NCBI GenBank assembly: GCA_934157235.1
Contig: CAKPHH010000003.1
Location: 39,975 to 103,974 of the forward strand
Length of the DNA: 64,000 nucleotides
DNA from: an uncultured Bacilli bacterium
GTDB taxonomy: Bacteria > Bacillota_I > Bacilli_A > RF39 > UBA660
Direction of reading: 5' to 3'
Below are positions 57,069 to 64,000 of this stretch, piece by piece. Below the pieces are notes generated by a model. That model did no database searches and was not told the origin of the DNA. It was given only the letters and a program-made list of their open reading frames with translations. The translations under genes were made by a program, and so were the position numbers. The stretch's first letter is position 1, and each line of letters opens with the position of its first letter.

Positions 57069-58490
57069 CTATTGTAGTTCCTCTATAAGTATATTCATAG
57101 CTAGTTTAGGATTTGCACTACCCTTTGTTTCTTTCATTACTTGACCCATTAAGAATTTAATTGCACGATCATGACCATTTTTGTAGTCGGTAACACTTTC
57201 ACTATTTTCAGAAACAATCTTTTTAATTATTTCTCTTAGAGCTGTATCATCTGTTATATTTTCAATACCTGATTCTTTAATAATTTCAGAGATTGATTTA
57301 TCTTCTTCTAAAACTTTATCTAAAATATCTTTTAAGTTTTTACTAGTTAGAGTATTATCAGATATTTTATTTACTAACTCTACCATACGTTCTTTAGTTA
57401 GAGTGGTATCTGTAATTGATTTTTCAGTCTTATTTAAGTAACCAGAAATGTCACCTAAAAGTAAGTTACTAGCAATTTTAAAATCTATATCTTCAGTTAA
57501 TAGAGTATTAAAATAGTCACTTAATGGCTTGTTTTGAACAAGTTTTTTAGCATTGATTTCAGAAACGTTCTTTTCCATATAAAGGCTTCTTCTTTCATCA
57601 GGTAACATTTCGATAGTGTTTCTTACCTCTTCGATCATAGTGTCTGTTAAATATAAGTATGGAATATCTGGCTCTGGGAAATAACGATAGTCATTACCTG
57701 TTTCCTTAATACGCATTAGAACTGTATCGCCAAGTTTATCATCATAACGTCTAGTTTGTTCTTTAAAAGTTTCACCTTTTTCTAATAATTCAGTTTGACG
57801 GATAATTTCTTTTTCAATACTTATACCAACATTAGAAATTGAACCAATATTTTTGATTTCACATTTAGTTCCGAATGGATCTGTTTCATTTTTTCTAATT
57901 GAGACATTGGCGTCACAGCGCATTGAACCTTCTTCCATTTTACAATCACTTATATCAGTATAGAATAGTAACTCTTTTAATTTTTCTAGATATAACTTTG
58001 CTTCAGTACTACTACTGATACATGGTTTAGTTACTATTTCAATTAGTGGAACTCCTGCTCTATTGAAGTCTAGAAGAGTTTTATCACCACGATGGGTACT
58101 CTTACAAGTATCTTCTTCAATGTGCATTTCTTCTATTTCAATTTTCTTTTTTGTACCATCAACTTCTATTTCTACATAACCATCATAGCCTATTGGAGTT
58201 CGGCCTTGAGTAATCTGAAAGTTTTTTGGATTATCTGGATAGAAGTAATTTTTTCTATCAAAGTGCATTTCTTTTCTTATTTTACAATTTAAAACACAAG
58301 CTGCTTTTATAGCTAGATTTACGACTTCTTTATTTAATGTTGGTAATGTACCTGGATAACCTAAGTCAACTACATTAGTCAAAGAATTAGCCATTTGACC
58401 ATATCCGTTTAGGGAGTTTGAAAATATTTTAGTATTTGTCTTTAATTCTACATGGACTTCGATACCAATTGTTGGAATGTAATTAGTCAT
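57069..58490 (-). CDS. gatB: Asp/Glu-tRNA(Asn/Gln) amidotransferase subunit B
   Basis: IPTIGIEVHVEL...RAGVPLIEIV...CDANVS and a C-terminal GatB_Yqey-type tail. Start at ATG 58490, preceded by GGAGGTGA. The track ORF extends to 58505. Confidence 0.95.
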   Translation of the reverse strand: MTNYIPTIGIEVHVELKTNTKIFSNSLNGYGQMANSLTNVVDLGYPGTLPTLNKEVVNLAIKAACVLNCKIRKEMHFDRKNYFYPDNPKNFQITQGRTPIGYDGYVEIEVDGTKKKIEIEEMHIEEDTCKSTHRGDKTLLDFNRAGVPLIEIVTKPCISSSTEAKLYLEKLKELLFYTDISDCKMEEGSMRCDANVSIRKNETDPFGTKCEIKNIGSISNVGISIEKEIIRQTELLEKGETFKEQTRRYDDKLGDTVLMRIKETGNDYRYFPEPDIPYLYLTDTMIEEVRNTIEMLPDERRSLYMEKNVSEINAKKLVQNKPLSDYFNTLLTEDIDFKIASNLLLGDISGYLNKTEKSITDTTLTKERMVELVNKISDNTLTSKNLKDILDKVLEEDKSISEIIKESGIENITDDTALREIIKKIVSENSESVTDYKNGHDRAIKFLMGQVMKETKGSANPKLAMNILIEELQ

Positions 58491-59940
58491 GTTTTTCACC
58501 TCCATTAGGATTTAAGTCTAAATTTAGTTCTTTTTCTACGAAACTAGCTAGTTGATACATCTTTGCTTCTTCAAATGGAGCACCAATTATTTGCATACCG
58601 ATTGGCAAGTTTTCACTGTTAAAGCCGATTGGAACACTCATTCCTGGAAGGCCTGCCATATTAACAGGAATAGTTAAGACATCATCCATGAATGATTTTA
58701 TAGCATCATCTAGACCTTTATCTAGTTCATATGCAACAGTTGTGTTGTTTGGGCCAATGACTAAGTCATAATTTTTAAATGTTTCTAGGAAACTCTTACG
58801 CATATCATCTCTTATTTCTAGGGCTTTGTTGTAATATAATTTAGCATTTTTACCAGATAATAAGTAACTACCAATCATGATACGTCTTTTTACTTCGTCA
58901 CCAAAACCGATTTTTCTAGTTTTTAGATATAAGTCTTCGATATCTTTTGGATTTTCATAACTGTAACCATAACGAATACCGTCAAATCTGGCTAAGTTAG
59001 AACTAGCCTCGCCCATGGCAATAATTTGATATAGGGGAACGGCTTTATCAATATAATTTATATCAACATAGTCGATTGTACAATTATGTTTCTTTAGTAT
59101 TTCGATTACTTCATTTAATTTATCTTTTATTTCTTTATCAATAGCTTCGCTTACATAGAAGTTTGGGATGGCTATTTTCATGCCATCTATTTTTTCACCA
59201 ATTAGTCTTGTAAAGTCTTCATTAGTTTCAACAGAAGTTAAATCTTTTTCACTTTTTCCACAGATTGTGTTTAAAAGTACAGCATTTTCATAGACATTTT
59301 TAGTCATAGGACCAATTTGGTCGAGACTTGAACCAAAAGCAATTAGTCCATAACGTGATACACGTCCATATGTTGGTTTTAGTCCTACTATGCCGCAAAA
59401 AGATGCTGGTTGTCTAATAGATCCACCTGTGTCTGAACCTAGAGCAAAAGGTATAATTCGCTTACTTACAGCTGCCGCACTTCCTCCAGATGATCCACCT
59501 GGTACTCTTGTTTTATTCCAAGGATTTTTTACTGGTCCAAAGAAAGATGTTCTATTAGATGAACCCATGGCAAACTCATCCATGTTAGTCTTACCAATAA
59601 TAATCATATTAGCAGCTTTTATTCTTTCAACAACATCAGCATCATAGATTGGGTCAAAGTTTTCTAATATTTTAGAAGCAGCAGTTGTACGTAGTCCTCT
59701 AGTTAGAATGTTATCTTTTAGAGCTATTGGAATACCAAACGTTAGAGAATTTACTTCTTTACCTTCTAACTCTTCAGCTTGTTTTAAGGCTTCTTCTTTA
59801 TTTAGAGTAATAAAACAGTTTAAGTCTTTATTACTTTCAATTTTTTCAAAAGCTTCTTCTACTAAGTCTTTAGGTGTGATCTTTTTTTCTTTTAATAATT
59901 TATTAATTTCAATTAATGATAAATCTAAATAATTATGCAC
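58483..59940 (-). CDS. gatA: Glu-tRNA(Gln) amidotransferase subunit A
   Basis: Amidase signature GGSSGGSAAAV...GSDTGGSIRQPASFCG. Confidence 0.95.
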   Translation of the reverse strand: MHNYLDLSLIEINKLLKEKKITPKDLVEEAFEKIESNKDLNCFITLNKEEALKQAEELEGKEVNSLTFGIPIALKDNILTRGLRTTAASKILENFDPIYDADVVERIKAANMIIIGKTNMDEFAMGSSNRTSFFGPVKNPWNKTRVPGGSSGGSAAAVSKRIIPFALGSDTGGSIRQPASFCGIVGLKPTYGRVSRYGLIAFGSSLDQIGPMTKNVYENAVLLNTICGKSEKDLTSVETNEDFTRLIGEKIDGMKIAIPNFYVSEAIDKEIKDKLNEVIEILKKHNCTIDYVDINYIDKAVPLYQIIAMGEASSNLARFDGIRYGYSYENPKDIEDLYLKTRKIGFGDEVKRRIMIGSYLLSGKNAKLYYNKALEIRDDMRKSFLETFKNYDLVIGPNNTTVAYELDKGLDDAIKSFMDDVLTIPVNMAGLPGMSVPIGFNSENLPIGMQIIGAPFEEAKMYQLASFVEKELNLDLNPNGGEKHD

Positions 59941-60247
59941 TCATACCACCCTTTTCACTTATTACTACTGGAACAGAAATATAGTTTCCGCTATGACGAG
60001 GAGCATTTTTTAGAACCTCTTTAGGATTTAACATTTCTCCTTCTACATCGTCACGTAAAACACATTTATTTTCAGTTGGACAAATTAACATATCTTCGTC
60101 GTATACTTTTACTTCATTTATTTTTTCTATTTCGTTTAAAAGTTGTTTTAATTTTACTTGATACATGGCTAGCTCTTCTTCATCTATTTCAATTCTAGCT
60201 AGATGAGCAACATGTAAGACTTCTTCTCTTGATAATTTATCTTCCAT
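59933..60247 (-). CDS. gatC: Asp/Glu-tRNA amidotransferase subunit C
   Basis: LSREEVLHVAHLARIEIDEEEL... is a typical GatC N-terminus. It is the first gene of the gatCAB order, with 8-nt overlaps between genes. Confidence 0.9.
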   Translation of the reverse strand: MEDKLSREEVLHVAHLARIEIDEEELAMYQVKLKQLLNEIEKINEVKVYDEDMLICPTENKCVLRDDVEGEMLNPKEVLKNAPRHSGNYISVPVVISEKGGMSA

Positions 60248-60273
60248 ACAGAAAGACCTCCTTTAACTTTATT

Positions 60274-60302
60274 ATTATATCATGGATATTTTAAGATGTA
60301 AA
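60274..60302 (-). promoter_or_regulatory. Sigma-A-type promoter of gatCAB
   Basis: Minus strand reads TTTACA (60302-60297), a 17-nt spacer ending in TGA, then TATAAT (60279-60274). Confidence 0.5.
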
Positions 60303-60314
60303 TTTTTAGTAAGT

Positions 60315-60345
60315 AAGAAAAACAAATGCTAGAGGTAGCATTTGT
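60315..60345 (-). terminator. Rho-independent terminator of the 262-aa gene
   Basis: 10-bp stem ACAAATGCTA / TAGCATTTGT with loop CCTC, then TTTTCTT on the minus strand. Confidence 0.85.
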
Positions 60346-60355
60346 AGAATTTAGA

Positions 60356-61144
60356 TTATTCAGCAAAACAATCATTTATATATAGTGTATTAGGATTGGT
60401 ATCATTCTTTTGTTTATAGTCATTTGCAGTACCAATTATTGTGATTTCTTGATTTTCAGTAAATTCTTTTACTTCAGCATCTTTAGACATTTTACAAATG
60501 ATGTTTAGAGTATATGAACCATCTGGATCAATATAACCAAAGGTTAATTCTTTTTTAGATTTATCGTAACTTATAAAATCTCCACTTATACGTAAGAACT
60601 TTTTATTATATTTTTGGTAAGTCTTTAGGGCATCATTTTTGTAAGCAATGGCCAAATCTAGAGCTTGAACATCAGTTGGTTCTACATTATATGGCATAGA
60701 CCAGGAACCAATCTCTGTATCTCTTCTTCCCTGTGATTGATGATATTTTATTACTTTGTAGCCTATTCCATAATATACTTTAGTTCCGCCATCTTTTAAA
60801 GTAGCAGTTTTTATAGCAAAGTATGGTCCTTTATTGTATCGTGCTACAGAAATAATATCTATTGTTATCATAAGCATTAGAATGATTAATACATAGAAAA
60901 TGATATTGAAAATTTTCATAGTCTTATTCTTTGATGAAGGCGTTTTTTCTTCCATTGATTCATCTTTCTCATCATCTAATAAGTCTGTAGTTGATAAATC
61001 ATCTTCATTTTCTTCTTCGTTTATTATTTCATAATCATCAGAATCTAAATCAAGAGAGTCTTCATCTACAAGTTCTATTTGTTCTGGATCTTCAAATTGT
61101 TCAAATTCATGATATTCTTCTGCTTTTATTCCTTTTTTTCTCAT
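60356..61144 (-). CDS. Hypothetical single-pass membrane protein with an acidic cytoplasmic N-terminus
   Basis: GAGGTGG RBS. About 75 Asp/Glu-rich residues, one TM (IFNIIFYVLIILMLMITIDIISV), then a ~165-aa exo-domain. No family recognised. Confidence 0.5.
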   Translation of the reverse strand: MRKKGIKAEEYHEFEQFEDPEQIELVDEDSLDLDSDDYEIINEEENEDDLSTTDLLDDEKDESMEEKTPSSKNKTMKIFNIIFYVLIILMLMITIDIISVARYNKGPYFAIKTATLKDGGTKVYYGIGYKVIKYHQSQGRRDTEIGSWSMPYNVEPTDVQALDLAIAYKNDALKTYQKYNKKFLRISGDFISYDKSKKELTFGYIDPDGSYTLNIICKMSKDAEVKEFTENQEITIIGTANDYKQKNDTNPNTLYINDCFAE

Positions 61145-61172
61145 ATACCCACCTCTTCAGTTTCGTGGACAT

Positions 61173-61201
61173 ATAATACCATTTTTTTGCAAAATAGTCA
61201 A
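61173..61201 (-). promoter_or_regulatory. Sigma-A-type promoter of the 262-aa gene
   Basis: Minus strand reads TTGACT (61201-61196), a 17-nt spacer ending in TGG, then TATTAT (61178-61173). Confidence 0.5.
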
Positions 61202-61375
61202 ATTTAAGGTACAAATGGATAGTGTTTCCAAAGTGTAGAGATTTGAAAACAAAACCTTTATAGAATAAAAAACAGTTAAAAACCTCGCTTTCTATTGTTT
61301 TTAGTCAACTCAATTATAAAGTGTTTTTTAGGTGGTAAATCTCTATACTTATTCTACACTAATGGTTTGCCTTAC

Positions 61376-61405
61376 AAATTAAAACTAGAACTAAAGTAGT
61401 TCTAG
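61376..61405 (-). terminator. Rho-independent terminator of ligA
   Basis: 9-bp stem CTAGAACTA / TAGTTCTAG with a 3-nt loop, followed by TTTTAATTT on the minus strand. Confidence 0.75.
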
Positions 61406-61439
61406 TTAATCTTTATGTAATTGGTAAATACTTTTGACT

Positions 61440-63485
<2,046 letters not shown>

Positions 63486-63492
63486 TTAAGCA

Positions 63493-63523
63493 AAGAAAAA
63501 CAAACTATTTTTTGATAGTTTGT
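63493..63523 (-). terminator. Rho-independent terminator of the partial upstream gene
   Basis: Stem ACAAACTAT / ATAGTTTGT with a 6-nt loop, then TTTTCTTT on the minus strand. Confidence 0.75.
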
Positions 63524-63537
63524 GTTCTTAATTCTTA

Positions 63538-64000
63538 TTATTTTTCCCAGAGATTATTTGGATATTCTCCATTATTAACTAAGTCTTTTAAAGCCTTTTT
63601 AACCGCATCTGCATCCTCTTTATAAGTTACACCATACCAAGCAGAGGTTGTTTCTAATACATCTACAGTAGAGTAACCATCTTCTATTGTTTTAAAGAGA
63701 ATTTCTGGGATTAAATATTCACATTTTTCTAGATTATTTTTATTTTTATCTAAGAATTCTGGGAACTTCTCCTCGATATATGTAAAGATACTTGGTGAGA
63801 AGAGCATTAAGTTCATAGATACTTTATCTGTAGGAGACACTTCAAATGGTTCACTACCATTTAATGGACTAGCCATTAGTCTTCCATCTACCCTATCAAT
63901 AACACTTTCGGTTATTTTAATTAGTTTTCCATTTTCAACTTCACATACGCCTCTTTTTACAGAACCATTTTCTGTTAAAGTGTTTTTTACCAGATAACTT
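63538..64000 (-). CDS. Sugar-phosphate nucleotidyltransferase-family protein, 3' part only (5' end lies outside the window)
   Basis: The frame is open to the window edge. The C-terminal CEYLIPEILFKTIEDGYSTVDVLETTSAWYGVTYKEDADAVKKALKDLVNNGEYPNNLW resembles NTP_transferase-family proteins. The family call is moderate. Confidence 0.5.
   Translation of the reverse strand, partial: SYLVKNTLTENGSVKRGVCEVENGKLIKITESVIDRVDGRLMASPLNGSEPFEVSPTDKVSMNLMLFSPSIFTYIEEKFPEFLDKNKNNLEKCEYLIPEILFKTIEDGYSTVDVLETTSAWYGVTYKEDADAVKKALKDLVNNGEYPNNLWEK

Noticed and set aside
61233-61360. Long-range imperfect inverted repeat (GTGTAGAGATTT ... AAATCTCTATAC / TTCTACACT) in the ligA-to-262-aa-gene spacer, considered as a riboswitch, MITE or attenuator.
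   Set aside because: The arms are only ~12 nt with a mismatch, there is no recognisable riboswitch core, and no terminal repeats or target duplications are present. This is not distinguishable from chance.

Overview
Visibly AT-rich, low-GC Firmicutes-type chromosomal segment. It may be Erysipelotrichales or Coprobacillaceae-like, but that is inference from gene content and style only. No searches were run. Coordinates of hand-read motifs may be off by 1-2 nt.

Nearly all genes are on the minus strand, and the window is dominated by cell-envelope functions.

- 0.2-17.2 kb: P2-type Ca-ATPase, a GT4 glycolipid-type transferase, a DUF2974 hydrolase, an exported thioredoxin-like protein, a frameshifted cupin gene, a macro-domain protein, an ArsR-regulated CPC-type heavy-metal ATPase, an LPXTG surface protein carrying an in-frame (ACAG)11 tetranucleotide tract, a YfhO-like protein and a diacylglycerol-type lipid kinase.
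- 17.3-36.5 kb: a ~19-kb wall-polysaccharide / teichoic-acid-like locus. It holds an acyltransferase, five GT2/GT4 genes (one a GT2-GT4 fusion), a ferredoxin-FrhB-like::pyruvyl-transferase fusion, a three-gene UDP-L-6-deoxy-HexNAc pathway, TagGH-type ABC exporter, GtrA, a CDP-alcohol-phosphatidyltransferase::LtaS-like fusion and a Wzy/ligase-like protein.
- 36.7-38.6 kb: a kinase-less protein with six PASTA repeats.
- 38.9-44.7 kb: a ~5.8-kb decayed integrative islet bracketed by imperfect direct repeats built from tandem 11-mers. It carries a 4-TM protein, a MutT/NudG-like NUDIX gene translationally coupled to an SRA-like/HNH nuclease, a 5'-truncated second HNH gene abutting a 5'-truncated tyrosine integrase, and a stand-alone OLD/PARIS-like ATPase-TOPRIM gene. 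This islet is the best candidate for an undescribed defence module.
- 44.8-56.5 kb: a GH73 autolysin with Ig-like repeats, an LCP protein, LtaS, YihY and a degenerate GGDEF sensor.
- 57-64 kb: housekeeping genes gatCAB and ligA, plus a partial nucleotidyltransferase gene.

No rRNA, tRNA or CRISPR array was seen.
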